DNA of 64,000 nt from Camelus dromedarius (GCF_036321535.1 NC_087437.1:85562001-85626000), one strand, 5' to 3'; shown: positions 25,941 to 38,809, counted from the stretch's first letter. Notes: a model not told the origin generated them from the letters alone. Numbers and translations: made by a program.

Positions 25941-26579
25941 GTGACAGCATCTAAATATGTTATGGTGACACCATTTTGAGTGACATGTTAATAAGACAGA
26001 GGAAAATCAGAACCCAGTGGATGTTACTTAACAAGTAACACCTTACGTTTTCTATTCTGAATAATTTAAAAGATGTAAAACAAGACAGGTGGTGAAATAA
26101 AAACAGAACAATAGAGCTGAATTTCCTGTCACTGAACAAGACGCATTTTTCAGAGTAACAATATTTGTTTAGATGTAGATAAAATAATTCCAACTTGTTA
26201 ATAACTTAGAACTGTTTATCTGCATCTTTCAGATTTGGGCTACACTATATTATAGATAATTAGGAAACAAGTAAAATAAGTATCATACCAACACTTCTTG
26301 AAAATTTTCAAAACTCCTTTATCCTTATTAGACTTATTATCCAACTCCTAAATCTTATCACCTTATTACCTTCAAGTTCCAATTTCTTCTGTGCCAAAGT
26401 GGAACAATACCAGCTCCCGTCTATAACCGTTACCCTCACCCAAGCCTTGTCCTCAGGAAGATCGTAAGCCTTATGCTGAGCAGAGAACATGACTCTTTAA
26501 ATAATGTGAGAGGAGAACAGCAGCTCTCTTGACCATAAAACCCCTTAAATTTACTTTTGACCTAGAGCTTCTACATTAT

Positions 26580-26912
26580 ATTCATTTTTAGTGTATTCAG
26601 AATAGATGTTTGTAACATGCCAACTATATGATTGGCACTGTGTTACTTACTGAAGATAGTGTTGCAAGAAAATGAGGATGCCCCCCAAATCCCACAAGGA
26701 ACTTACAGCATATTGGGGAGATGGGCACTGAACAAAAAGTAACTGTACAGAAATCTAATTAGTAAGAGATATGAAAGAAAAGTTCAAATTATGACACAAA
26801 CTTTTATCAGAGCAATCAACTTGCTCTAAAGGGCAAGGGAGACTTGCTGGAAGAGGTGATATTTGATCTTTCTTCTAAAAGATAAAAGGGAGTTAGCTAC
26901 GAAACAGGAAGG
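26580..26912 (-). mobile_element. L2 3' end
   Basis: ggcactgtgttac...caaggaacttacagcatattggggaga...gaagaggtgatatttgatct, antisense L2. Confidence 0.65.
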
Positions 26913-27250
26913 GTTTTTTTGTTTTTTGTTTTTTTTTTTTTTGGCTTGCCTGCTTTGTGAAGCATGGCATTCTTTTAACGGAGACCGAACCAATTCCCAA
27001 TTGAAGATAAGGTATACACTTCAAATATTCTTGAGAGAGAAAGCAAAAGTGACTTTAAATGCAATTGGAGAATAAATATGTGATTGATATTTGATCTTTT
27101 AGAGAGAGAAAAAATAGATTTTGATGGTGGAGTTTGGCATAAAAGACAAAACCTTAGGATACCAGTTAAAAGGAATAAGAAAGAACATAATTAGAAAGAG
27201 AGAAAGATGCAGACATTCAACTGAGTTCACTTCAATAAACACTAAGCTTG

Positions 27251-27406
27251 CAGGGAACTATGTTCAATATCTTGTAATAACCTTTAATGAAAAAGAATAT
27301 GAAAACAAATATATGTATGTATATGCATGACTGGGACATTATGCTGTAGACCAGAGATTGACACATTGTAACTGACTATACTTCAATTTAAAAAAAAGAA
27401 AAAGAA
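27251..27406 (+). mobile_element. Young, heavily 5'-truncated L1 3' end (156 bp)
   Basis: L1 3'UTR terminus plus poly(A); perfect 17-bp TSD aataaacactaagcttg (27234-27250, 27407-27423). Confidence 0.95.
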
Positions 27407-27444
27407 AATAAACACTAAGCTTGGCACTGTGTTGACACTACTCA

Positions 27445-28175
27445 TGTTACCGAGCAAGGGTTCACAGGCTTGTAGCAGAGAGAGCCGAACTCTGACAGTG
27501 GGTGTTAGCAGCAAAAGAAGGGTTTATTTGCAGAGTGCCAAGCAAAGAGGATGGGCAGCTCATGCTCAGAAAACCTGAACTCTCCAGTGGCTTTCAGGTA
27601 AAGTTTTTAAAGACAGCATTAGGGTAGAGGGTCTCAGGATACGTGACCTTCTTCTGACTAGTTGGTGGTGAGGTAATAAGGTGATGTTTCAGGAATCTGA
27701 ACCTTCTCATTCCAACCAGCCTGGGGTCTACTGCTTGTGGTCAGCATGTAGTCACCATCCTCCACCTGGGTGGCGGTGGGAATGTCTTGCTTTCTCTAGA
27801 ACAACTCGATGATATGCATCACACTGCTATCTATATTCCTTCAGGAGGAACGCGGTGTCCTGCGACTCTACTGTCCTATTAACAGTTTGAACCTGCCCTT
27901 TGGAACTAAGGGAAGGCCTAGGAGACTAAAGCCTTTTCTTCTACAAACAAGAAAGGGGGGGCATGGTGGGCTTTTGTACTTAGGAAGGCCCTGCAGGGTC
28001 CTGCTCAGTTTTAAGCCCCACAGTTTTTTGTTTTTGTTTTGTTTTTTTCTTTCTTTTTGATACTCCTCAGTTCTGAGGAGAACAGGGGCAGGACAAGAAA
28101 GGGAATAAAGTTTTGGATAGAGAGGTTAACCATAAGTTCAGTAAGGGAGCTCCGTTTTAGGGGGACTCAGTTTCA
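27445..28175 (-). mobile_element. ERV1-type solo LTR (731 bp)
   Basis: TG...CA; perfect TSD CTCA (27441-27444, 28176-28179); minus-strand AATAAA (tttatt at 27523-27528). Confidence 0.9.
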
Positions 28176-28880
28176 CTCACACATCACGTGTAAGTTTATG
28201 AGCTCTCAAGTGTGTTAGAATCCCCCAGCTGGGCCTGGACATAAATGCTGGGGTTGTTTATGATAAAATTTGCCTACTTTGGGTTTCCCTAGTGTTGATC
28301 CAATCTACCCTCTCTCTCTTTTTTAACCTACTTTTCTAGCATGCTCTGGAAACATGACCACCTGGAATAATGAAGAGCTGACTTTGTTCAAAAGCTTTTG
28401 GGTACTTTCTGCTTTCCACACCTTGACAAGGAGGTGACCTTGCTACCAGTGAGTTTAAGAACCAGTAATGTCTAGTATTGGTCAATATTCCCATAAGTGG
28501 AAGTATCTAGATTTTTAGTGTAGATGATTTCAAATGGTTGCTATAAACCTCAATATGTAAAAGAGCAGTGCTTAATAAAAATTTGCCTCCCTTTTAGTTC
28601 TAGCAGTGATAGATGTGTCCCCATCAACCACATGACTCTCAGAAATCATAGACAGTTGTTCCATCCCTTTCTTGCCACTTGACTTCTATTAAGTCCCACA
28701 TATTTAGATAATATATATTGTCAGTATGTGTGTGTATAGTGGTAGTTCTTCCTCAAAATTCATAACTTACCCTGCAATCTGAAATTTCATGAACTTTACA
28801 CATTTTATCCACCAATCTACATTTATTCGCTTAGCAAATATTGACTGGATGACTACTAGGTACCTAAAACTATTCTGGGT

Positions 28881-29677
28881 TGTATGACATTGTAATTTAT
28901 AATTTTAAAAATATATATTTGGTCATCATCCCATTTCTTGAGCAGAGTTCCTAAAACCCTTAGAAGCTCCTAAGTGATAAGAGTGATAAAGACATTCTTG
29001 TTAAAGGACACTTGTGTTACATTAACAGGTGACTTCTGGAGAGTCCCTAGGTAACTTAAGGATGGGGGCTGGTTGCCAGGGGAATCAACATTATGATTGG
29101 AGGGCTGAAACTTTCAGTCCCATCCCCAACCTCCAGGGAGAAGAGAGGACTGAAGATTGAGTTCAATCACTGGTCTCCAATAATTTAATCAATCGTGCCT
29201 ATGTAATGAAACCTCCATTAAGACTCAAAAAGAGGAGTTCAGAACACTTTCCCGTGCCTGGCCCCAAACTCTTTGAGGACTGAAGCTCCTTTGTTTGTTC
29301 ACCTTATGTATCTCTTCATCTGGCTATTGATTCACATCCTTTAATATCCTTTGCAGTGATCTAATAATCTAGTGAATAAAGGATTTTCCTGAGTTCTGTG
29401 AGCAGCCCTAGCAAATCAGCCAACCCCAGGAAGGTGCTGTGGGAATCTCCAGTCCACAGTCAATAGGTCAGAAGCACAGGTTAGCAATGTGGGCTTGTGA
29501 TTGCATCTGAAGTGGAGGTGGTCTTGTGCGACTGAGCCTGAATGTGTGGAATCTGGTAGTATTTTCAGGTACGTAGTGTCAGAATTGAGTTGAATCGTAG
29601 GACACCCAGCTGGTGTCAGAGCACTGCTTGGTTGTGCGAGAATTCACCTCCCCTACATTGAAAGTGGTGAAGAAACA
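28881..29677 (+). mobile_element. MER21-like LTR inserted in an antisense L2
   Basis: ggatgggggctggttgccag, gaaactttcagtccca..acctccagggag, tttcctgagttctgtgagc, ggacacccagctggtgtc are diagnostic MER21 blocks. Confidence 0.85.
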
Positions 29678-29699
29678 GTAAAGCCCAATCAATTTGTGC

Positions 29700-31520
29700 T
29701 ACTTGGACTTAGTGAACAAATACTATACTGAGGGATACAGATAAGCAACTATTAATGACAATAGAGAGTGTGATGTTTATGACAGTGGAAGTACAGTGTT
29801 CTTGCCACACTCAGAAAGGCTTATCGCACAAAGGACAGACTCATGAATGAGGTGATATTTAGCCTAGGATTGGAAAGAAAATTAAACATTGAATTAGACA
29901 AAGATTGTTGCAGGAGTCAGGGAAAATGATGTTCTCAATTAAGAAACTAGTACATGCCAAGACCATCAGTGAAAGAGCGTAAGATGTTAGGATAACCACA
30001 GAAGTCTGGTGAAAGTGGAGTTGTAGAAGTCAAGAGGTGGGTATGTAGGCAACACATTATCTGACGTACATCTCAAAAATGTTCTCCTAGAACAGTCTAC
30101 TCAAGCAACAGAAATAAAAGCAAGAATAAACAAATGGGACCTAATGAAACTTACAAGCTTCTGCACAGCAAAGGAAACCCTAAGTAAAACAAAAAGACAA
30201 CCTACTGAATGGGAGAAAATTTTTGCAAAGGAAACCAACAAAGGCTTGATCTCCAGAATATATAAGCAGCTCATATGACTTAATTAGAAAAAAACAAACA
30301 CCCAATCCAAAAATGGGCAGAAGACCTAAACAAGCAATTCTCCAAGGAAGACATACAAATGATCAATAGGCACATGAAAAAATGCTCCATATCACTAATT
30401 ATCAGAGAAATGCAAATCAAAACTACAATGAGGTATCACCTCACACCAGTCAGAATGGCCATCATTCAAAAGTCCACAAATGACAAATGCTGGAGAGGCT
30501 GTGGAGAAAAGGGAACCCTCCTCCACTGCTGGTGGGAATGCAGTTTGGTGCAGCCACTGTGGAAAACAGTATGGAGATTCCTCAAAAGACTAGGAGTAGA
30601 CTTACCATATGACCCAGGAATCCTGCTCCTGGGCATATATCCAGAAGGAACCCTACACTTCAGGATGACACCTGCACCCCAATGTTCATAGTAGCATTAT
30701 TTACAATAGCCAAGACATAGAAACAGCCTAAATGTCCATCAACAGATGACTGGATAAAGAAGTGGTATATTTATACAATGGAATACTACTCAGCCATAAA
30801 AACCAACAACATAATGCCATTTGCAGCAACATGGATGGATGGATGCCCTGGAAAATGTCCTTCTAAGTGAAGTAAGCCAGAAAGAGAAAGAAAAATACCA
30901 TATGATATTGCTCATATGTGGAATCTAAAAAAAAAAAAAAACACAAACAAACAAAACATAAATACAAAACAGAAACAGACTCATAGACATAGAATACAAA
31001 CATGTGGTTCCCAGGGAGGTGGGGGGTGGGAGAGGATAGACTGGGATTTCAAGATGTAGAGTGGATAGACAAGATTATACTGTATAGCACAGGGAAATAT
31101 ATGCAAGACCTTATGGTAGCTCACAGAGAAAAAAATGTGACAACGAATATATATATGTTCATGTATAACTGAAAAATTGTGCTCTACACTGGAATTTGAC
31201 ACAACATTGTAAAAGTATTATAAATCAATAAAAAATGTTAAACCAAAAAAAAGAGGTGGGTATGAAGAAGAGGAGTGGAAGAGAGTTAAATAGGATAAAA
31301 CATCCTCAAAGTTTTGTAAACCACATTAATAAATTGACATCCATACTGCAGTCATGGGAAATCACTCAAGCGTCTAAATTTATGGAATGCTACAATCTTA
31401 TTTAAATTTTACAACCATGAATCTGGCTGCAGTGTGGAGAACTGTTTGGTGGGAAGAACAATTTAGCCAGGAGTCCGAATGCCTTTTGCTGAATGGCCCG
31501 AACTGTGGGAAAGTTGTTGC
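29700..31520 (-). mobile_element. L2 fragments (29700-30045 and 31265-31520) split by a young L1
   Basis: gaggtgatatttagcctagga and ctggctgcagtgtggaga are antisense L2 motifs on either side of the L1 TSDs. Confidence 0.6.
30046..31250 (+). mobile_element. Young lineage-specific L1, 5'-truncated (ORF2p C-terminus, 3'UTR, tail)
   Basis: ORF 30359..30691 is the L1 ORF2p C-terminus with zinc knuckle [18 protein letters not shown] (30488-30541); stops and frameshifts present; perfect 14-bp TSD aagaggtgggtatg (30032-30045, 31251-31264). Confidence 0.97.
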
Positions 31521-33137
31521 AATGGAGAAAAAAATTTTTTGATTTATGTTACTGATAAGCTTTAGGTTTGATTTATCCTGACATGAATTTGCATATCTAA
31601 GGAGAATACCTATTATGTTTCAGAAATAGTAAAAGTTTTCAATAGCCTTATAACAGCAAGTTGTTTCAGGCTCCTTTTCTCTACTGTAAACTGGGATTCT
31701 ACCACTGCTAATAATAATGTATAATAGTACTTGTTTTGCTCTTAAGACATCATAGAGAAGCCTGTATTTAAAGATTTTCTCAAAGTACAGTTAAGACATG
31801 GAAATACCAAAATTAAGGGTATGATCTAAACTTTCTGATAAAAGAGATGTTTCAGCATAAATAATATGTAAATATGACATTGAAAAAGCACACTACAATC
31901 TAGGGCTTATAAATGAAATTGGTGAGACATAAATTAGAAAAATAAATGAGGCCAGTTTGCAGATAATCTTGATAACAATCAGAAAATTTGCATTTAACCT
32001 GTAGACAATTAGTAACCAGTGGATTTTGTGAGACAAGCATACAGTGTGCTTACCACAGAGGAAATGGCTTTTCAGTTTTATGAGGAGGAAGGTGGATTCA
32101 GATTATTCTATATATTAGAAGTAGAATAGTTCTCACTGAGAAGATTTGATGTTGCCTCAGAGGATTCCTGACAAGGAATAGAAAAACAAACAAACAAAAA
32201 AGATTCACAGGTGGTGAGGACATCAGTGTGTGTCAAAAGTATTTGAGAAGTCACCCATGCTTCTGTTAGTGTAAACAAAGGGAAGGCAGAAACCAAGGAC
32301 AGATCTGAATTTGGCTGACCGTTTTTCTGGAAAGAGAGGCTACTGTCCTGCACAGTGACAGATGAGTGTTGACGGTGTGGGTTAAATGGAGGGTGCTTTA
32401 CACTGGAAGAGGACAGCTTGCTGAGACACAGTGATGTAACGGCAGTTTGTGAAACCCTTAGGAAGCAAGAGTTTTGCTGAATCTTCCTCGTTATTCCAGG
32501 AGAAAGAGAAAGTGGGATGACAATCAGGATCTTTGGGACAATTAGAATCTTATTCTTCACCAGGAAATTTCTTTGGGTCTGTGTCAAAGACTCAGTACTT
32601 TAAATGGAAAATACTTGAAGAAAACCTGTTCTGAGCACTGTCATTGTTATGGGGAAATTCAGATTTGAAAAGAATGCAGTCAGTTAACCCAAGTTCTAGG
32701 TATGCCTGAAAATGGGAATAAACTCCAAACAACTCCATCACTTCCAACTTACTTCAAATGAAGAGAAAGGAAATAATTCAACTTATAATTATTAGCACAA
32801 AGCCAGATAATTAAGCCCAACTTGACTCCTTTTTGGGTCTCCCACAATGTATAGAATATTTTCTATTTGACGGCGATTTGGGGTCATTTAATGACTGAGT
32901 CCTGTAAAACTAATTTAATGATGATAAATTTTATTTAGCTTGAATAAAACATGAAATGCAACCCTTGTTTATTAATCTTTTGCTTTTAGCTTAATTGATA
33001 CATCTGATACTTTGAGTAAATCATTCCACTAAACTGTTCAGTTTTTCCATAATGAAATAATCTTTATTCATGTCCCTCTAATGCAGTAATATAGATATCA
33101 GTGTAGTGTAAACCCAGACAGTTTTTTTTCTCCTTTT

Positions 33138-33855
33138 TGTCATGCAAGTGCCTGATTTAATCTTGGATTGCCAAGGCATCCACTTCAAAGAGGCATTCAC
33201 TTCAAAGCCGGCTATCTTCAATAAACACCTGGCCAGCCACATAAGTAGACAGAGAGCCTGGCTGCCTCCCCGCACTGAGGCTCCTGTGTTTTAGAGATCT
33301 TGGTTGATTTCAATAATTGACCATTAGGGCCATTTGTTTTTTCTCTTCCAGAGGTTTAAATTCTCACTCTTACGTTTTGTGAGGGTTTTTTTTTTCACTA
33401 TTTTTTTTAATTGAAGTATAGTCAGTTAGAATGTGTCAATTTCTGGTGTACAGCATAATAGTTCAGTCATACATATACATATATCCGTTCTCATATTCTT
33501 TTTCATTAAAGGTTACTACAAGATATGAATATAGTTGGGAATAAATTTGGGAGGTCAAGATCGGCTCTTATGTTTTAAATTCACCAATAAGGAGTGAGTT
33601 TACAAATCCCTAGGCCCCCACTCTCAACCCCAATAAGAGGAGAACCCCAGGCCTGAGCATTCAACCTCTCTACACATCACCTCCTGTGCAGTCCCAGCTG
33701 TGCTGTGGAATTTCGAGATCCTGTAAGGAATAAATATTTATTTTTCCAAAGTTTCCTAATGGTTACTGCTGAAGGGCATCTTGCAGTCAGAACAAGAACC
33801 ACAAGCACCCGTCTACCACACTGGTTATTGATAGTTTGAGACTAGCACAAAACAC
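33138..33855 (+). mobile_element. Probable ERV LTR, interrupted by the inverted L1
   Basis: TG start and CA end, CCAAT boxes (about 33584 and 33630), AATAAA at about 33729; family not recognised and no clear TSD. Confidence 0.45.
33379..33564 (-). mobile_element. Short L1 3' end with an inverted 5' segment
   Basis: Poly(T) plus antisense L1 3'UTR to 33536, then the sense L1 piece gggaataaatttgggaggtcaagat; 12-bp TSD ctcttacgtttt/ctcttatgtttt (33367-33378, 33565-33576). Confidence 0.88.
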
Positions 33856-34679
33856 ACAGAAAACATTTGCATCTTAGATTACAGATACAATTTTACATGT
33901 TAAAAATATCCCATTCTTTGGTATAAGTTTTCTAGTTTTTAATAAACTACAAAAACCTAATTTTTAATAGTACAGTTTAAACGTGTACAGCTTAATTATG
34001 GGGAATTCTATGATATGTAAGAAAAACTTGAAATATAAATTTAAAAATCACCCAATAAGAAAAGAAAAAGCTGTATACTTGCAAAAAAAAAAAATAGGAA
34101 GAATTCAACAGACGTGTGTTTGAGTATTTTTTGATAAGATGTTGCTGAGTCCATAATGAAAACTAAAAAATGTGCAGTATACTGTTTATATGTATTTACA
34201 TGCAATATAATTTGTATGTGCAGTCAAACTGCAATAATTCTACATAATAAAACTGGGGGAAAAAAAAGAAAAAAAATTAAAAAAAAAAGAGATTTCATCC
34301 AAAATATGTTGTACACTTTCTCTTTCTCTTTTAAAAAGAGTGTTCCATTAAAAACTAAAGCAACAAAACCTATTAAGGTATTCTGAGGTCAGTTTAGCCA
34401 ACTTAATCCTTCCCTTGGATATTAGCAAAAGCACAAATATAGTTAGTATTGCTGTTTTTGTTGTCTCCAGTAAGGGTGGAAATAGCCAAAGGGGAAAAAA
34501 AGTTTACAAAAGGCACCAAAGTTAAAACATAAACCAGTTCCTAATTTGTGACAACATGGTAGTAAAATCTTACCAAGATCCCAAGAGAAATGTCATGCAA
34601 TCAGATACAAATCTGAATTCCTCAACCTACAGTAAATGGGAGGTAAGAAAAGGGGGATTGTTTATTCATGACCCCTTTG

Positions 34680-34862
34680 GCAATGTTTTTCAAATGTTTT
34701 TGTGCACAAAAATTACCAGAACATCTTTTTAAATGTAACTTTGTGTTCCCATCCCCTACCTATTGTGATGCACTTGTCACTGATGTTGTCCAAGATACGC
34801 GTTTTAACAAGGTCCCTAGTTAATTCTGATGTGATACCAGAGCAGAGTTAAAAGACACTAGT
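34680..34862. mobile_element. MER5-like hAT-Charlie MITE (degenerate)
   Basis: caatgtttttcaaa start; gttttaacaaggtccctagttaattctgatg; end gacactag. Confidence 0.55.
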
Positions 34863-34960
34863 AAAACCATGTAAATAACCAGGTCTTCTGCCTTCCTAGA
34901 ATCCAACCTTTTCTCTCTCTATAGTGGGTCCACTCTCAGACTCATTTGAATGTTTACAGG

Positions 34961-35004
<44 letters not shown>
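34961..35004. repeat. (ATA)n microsatellite, 44 bp, grown from a MIR tail
   Basis: Directly visible; explains the poly-Tyr in ORF 34919..35107. Confidence 0.97.
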
Positions 35005-35005
<1 letters not shown>

Positions 35006-35200
35006 CATTAAGGTGTCTATGTGCCCAGCACTATTCCAGGCACTTCTGTTGGCCCTTTTAATCCCTAAACCAACTCTAAACTGCAGTCCTGTCATTACCA
35101 TACTCACTTAGAAGATAAGTAAATGGAAGCTGAGCAACTTTAAATAGTCTGAGCAAGTCACACTCCTAGCAAGTGGCAGAGCAAGAATGTCAACCTACTT
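35005..35200 (-). mobile_element. MIR SINE
   Basis: ctatgtgcccagcactattccaggcactt...caagtcacactcctagcaagtggcagagc. Confidence 0.8.
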
Positions 35201-35209
35201 GGGCTAGAA

Positions 35210-35560
35210 TGTGTGTTTTTGATCATGAGCTGTTCTGAGACAACAGGTAGAGTGAACCAAAGGAGAGTAGACGTCGTGGCCAGTCCTGCGCTGTTCCTGT
35301 CTCGCGTCGGTTCTCTGCCCTGCACTGCCCAGTTCCCTTGCTGTTTGTCTCCCTGTTACCTTCAACCAAGGAAGCACTGGTGGGAGATGACAGGGTAAGA
35401 GAAAGGGAAAGCCAGGGTACTCTCCTCCCGCCAAGGCAGCGTTTTTACAATGACTGTGCCACCTCCATGTTCTTGCTCTGCCCTGGCACTCCTGACACGG
35501 ATCAAGGCCATCTGAGGTGGTATTAACCTCTGGCTCTGATATTATCACTGAGTCCTTTTA
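35210..35560. mobile_element. Old ERVL/MaLR LTR fragment (LTR41-like)
   Basis: gcactggtgggagatgacagggtaagagaaagggaaagccagggtactctcc resembles the LTR41/LTR33 core. Confidence 0.5.
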
Positions 35561-36064
35561 GTCTTCTTGTCCCAGGTTGTATCTTCCTATAGTTACTAAT
35601 CACTCTGTTGCCTCAACATTCCCATCGATTCTTTCTATTTTTCTAACTGGACCCACTTCCCTGTATTTGCTCTCTTAAACTACCTGGTATGGGCTTTCGT
35701 TTCCTGATAGGAAATAGATGACTGCAGAGGGCAATATGGTGTAGTAAAAACAGAAAGGAAAGAAAATTGATGAAATAAAACTGAAGGTGAAAAACACTGA
35801 TCTAGAAATGATAGCAAACATTCCTTTCGATTTTATTTTATTTAAGACATGAAAGGTTATCCTCCTGTAACAGCTGTCCATTAGTCCACTAAAATACCTC
35901 TTTGTCATTAAAACAAGAATTAGTAGAATCATAAACTAAGAAACATCAGTAGTATAGAAAAATAGGGTATGAAAATTTTATGTTTCCACAGACTCTACCA
36001 AGCTCTTCTCTTCAGATGTCAGTTAATGATCAGTAATATTTTCTTGATTTTTTAAATTAATTTT

Positions 36065-36800
36065 CAGGGTTTTGGTAAAACATAACTGACAGACCACAAG
36101 CATTTATAAATGCCTCTCTCTCAGTACTGTACTAACATTATGTGAAGAATACAGAAGGGTATATCTACAATAGGAGAGAAGACATTATTACAAAATTACA
36201 AAAGTAATTTCAATAATTTGGGAGGATGAAAAGGTATTGTTGGAGAGCTATTCTTATTAAGCCAAGCAAAACAGAAAATAACTGGATAAATAAATGAATA
36301 AATTGCTACAGTGACAACAGAGGGAATCCAAGAAGCTACCCTTGAGAGGTTCTGAGTCTGGTGGCACAAGAAGATGACAGGTTAAAATTTGATAGATTAA
36401 TGGGGATCACATCTGGGCCAGCTGGAACCCTACCTTACCATTTTATGAAGACAACGGAGTCTACTCCCACTAATTCAGGCAGGAAAACATAGTTGTAGTG
36501 CATGGGGAATTGTACTGAAATGATCTGAGAAAAGAGGAGACTAGAGAGAGTACGGATGAGGTTGGTGCTCAATACAAAGATCTAAGTAGAAATCTGGAAA
36601 CTGAATTGTGAAATTACCAGCCATATTCTCTCCCTGCTCCCAGAAAACCAGCAGCAAGAACTGTATGTCCTAGACAGGAGACTAGAGGGCTTCTGGCTAC
36701 CGACAAATGGTGAGGAATCCTTTTGTGCAAAGCTGACTTACTAACTTTTACTTATTAACAAAGCTGACTTATTGACTTATTAACTGTAGAAAAACCCACA
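36065..36800 (+). mobile_element. Possible old L1/HAL1 5' region
   Basis: Weak resemblance to L1M 5'UTR starts; heavily decayed. Confidence 0.3.
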
Positions 36801-36859
36801 AAAATAGTAGGAGATAAAAATCAGATTACATGCTAGGGTAAGATTAAGTAGGAATATTT

Positions 36860-37617
36860 TGCTGTATATTGACCCTCCAAATTCACTCACATCCTTGTCC
36901 ACCCAGACTTAAAACCTAGAAGTCAAACTTATATGTACTATATCAACAGATTTCTTTGATATCTGGCTTGACAAATGAGGGATGAGTCATCTCTTGGAGG
37001 TCAGAAGATGGAAGAAAAGGGAGGAAAGTATATTTCTTTCCCTGGCTCAGTTTCATCAGTTGGTTTAGGATGACTGCATCTCTTTACCAAAGACTCAACT
37101 CCAATAAAGTAACCCTTTCTAAACAGCTACCCATTCTGGGCACCAGTGACTCTTTCACTCTCTTGCTCTGGCAAGCATAGTGTTGGTAAAGCATCTACAC
37201 TTTTGTGGACACTTCAAAGCTTCACTCAGATCCCCTCCAACAAAGAACATGTCGCCCCAGTGCTGGTGCACTATAACTCAAGACTACTTTGCAGAGTCAT
37301 CCTAGCTTCTGAGCTGTTTACATCACCATTTGAGGTCCCTGAGACTGCAAGCTAGACTTTTACCTCTACTCAATACTGCTTTCTTTCTCTTCATTTTCAC
37401 AGGTGTTAATCCAGGTCCTGAGGACACTTCTTAATAAACATCATGCATGCTAAATGCAGCCTCAGAATCTGCTTCCCGGAAAAATCACACCTACCAAACC
37501 CAGGATAATGCACTATCTATTGGCAATTCCATAAACCCTAACCACACCTCTGGAAATAGTCAATTACCCAGTTTGAATGAGCTATGTGTTGCCACTCGGG
37601 AATTGGCTGATAAATAC
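36860..37617 (+). mobile_element. LTR33-like LTR with a nested LTR16-like LTR (about 37204-37500)
   Basis: LTR33 5' part similar to 6985-7442; LTR16 block (tcacaggtgttaatcc, taataaacatcatgcatgctaa, agaatctgcttcccgg); LTR33 3' end (aattacccagtttga) resumes afterwards. Confidence 0.65.
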
Positions 37618-37619
37618 AG

Positions 37620-38570
37620 CCTTGTAAGATTTTAATCTCTCTGAGTAAGATGCAGAGCTACCAAAGAGTTTTGGACAGAGGGGTGTTATTATGAGATTTA
37701 AATCAGATTGATTGACTGTTGTATGCAGGATATACTATAGGAGGGCAAGGGCAGAAGGGAGTAAAGTAGGTTAGGAAAATATTGCAAAAATCCAGATATA
37801 AGATGATGGTACCTGAAGCCAGGATAAGAAGTGGTAGTAAGATGATGTCTGATTTGGAATATATTTTGAAAGTAGAACTAACTACCTGAGAGAGAAAAAG
37901 AGGTCTGATTAATCAAGTATAATTTCATATCTTGGTGGGGTTAGGCAATTAGAATATTGGAGCTCTATTCACTGAGATAGACATAGTTGTAGAAAAGCAA
38001 ATCAGACACGGAAATTAGAATTTCACTTCTGAACATGCTAATTCTTAGATGCTGTTGGATATCCAACTGAAAAGTCAACTAGATAGTATTATATAAATTC
38101 TGTAGATCAGGTGACTATCAGTGCTAGATATACAAATTTAAAAGTCATAATATAGATAATATTTAAAGCCACGTAAGTAAATGAGTATAAATGAAAAAGA
38201 AAAATGGGCTAAATGCAGAGAACTGCACAGTAATTAGGGAGATTAAAAGGACCAATAAAGAAGATGGAGACACAGAAGCCAGTAACGTCCGTTATGTCAA
38301 GAAAGAGATGCTCAAGTGTTTGAAGGAGGAAGTGTGCAACTCACTGTGCCAAATTCTGCTGATAGAGGAAATAATAAAAGACTGAGAATCACACATTTGC
38401 TGTAGCAAAATGAAGATCGTTGGCGAGTTGACAAATGCCCTTTTGGTATACTGGGAGAGGTGAAAGCCGGACTGGAATGGATTAAAGAAAGAATGGGAGG
38501 TGAAAGTGAAAATAAAAAATAGAGCCAGCTATTGTGATACATTATCCCATAAAGAGTCAAAGAAATGTAT
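37620..38570 (-). mobile_element. L2a-like LINE fragment
   Basis: gaatatattttgaaagtagaac, ttggatatccaactg, gaaagccggactggaatggattaaag are antisense L2 blocks. Confidence 0.8.
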
Positions 38571-38809
38571 AAATGTATTATTTAAATATATATTTAGAGA
38601 AATACCATAAGAGACAGCTCATGAATTTTAAGGTGTTTGCATTTGAAGATATTTACAAATTGAAGCAAAATATAAGTCTTTATAGGTAGCTTTTGGTAAC
38701 ATTCAATTTTTTTAAATGCTCATGCACTTCACTGGTAATAAATCAATTTTAAAATATATTCATATATATGTCATATAGTATTTATTAACAATCTTAATTT
38801 TCACAAATG

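Noticed and set aside
26308..26496. Minus-strand exon with an Ig-like DGSWYC motif
   Set aside because: Splice signals are mediocre, no other Ig features are present, and the + strand resembles decayed L2.
30359..30691. 110-aa ORF with a CCHC motif as a host gene
   Set aside because: It is the C-terminus of L1 ORF2p in a truncated copy with stops and frameshifts.
32108..32587. Longest ORF (159 aa, minus strand)
   Set aside because: No recognisable domain, non-ATG start, crosses a simple (AAAC)n repeat, and no convincing splice context; consistent with chance.
34919..35107. Poly-tyrosine ORF
   Set aside because: Translation of an (ATA)n microsatellite at a MIR tail.
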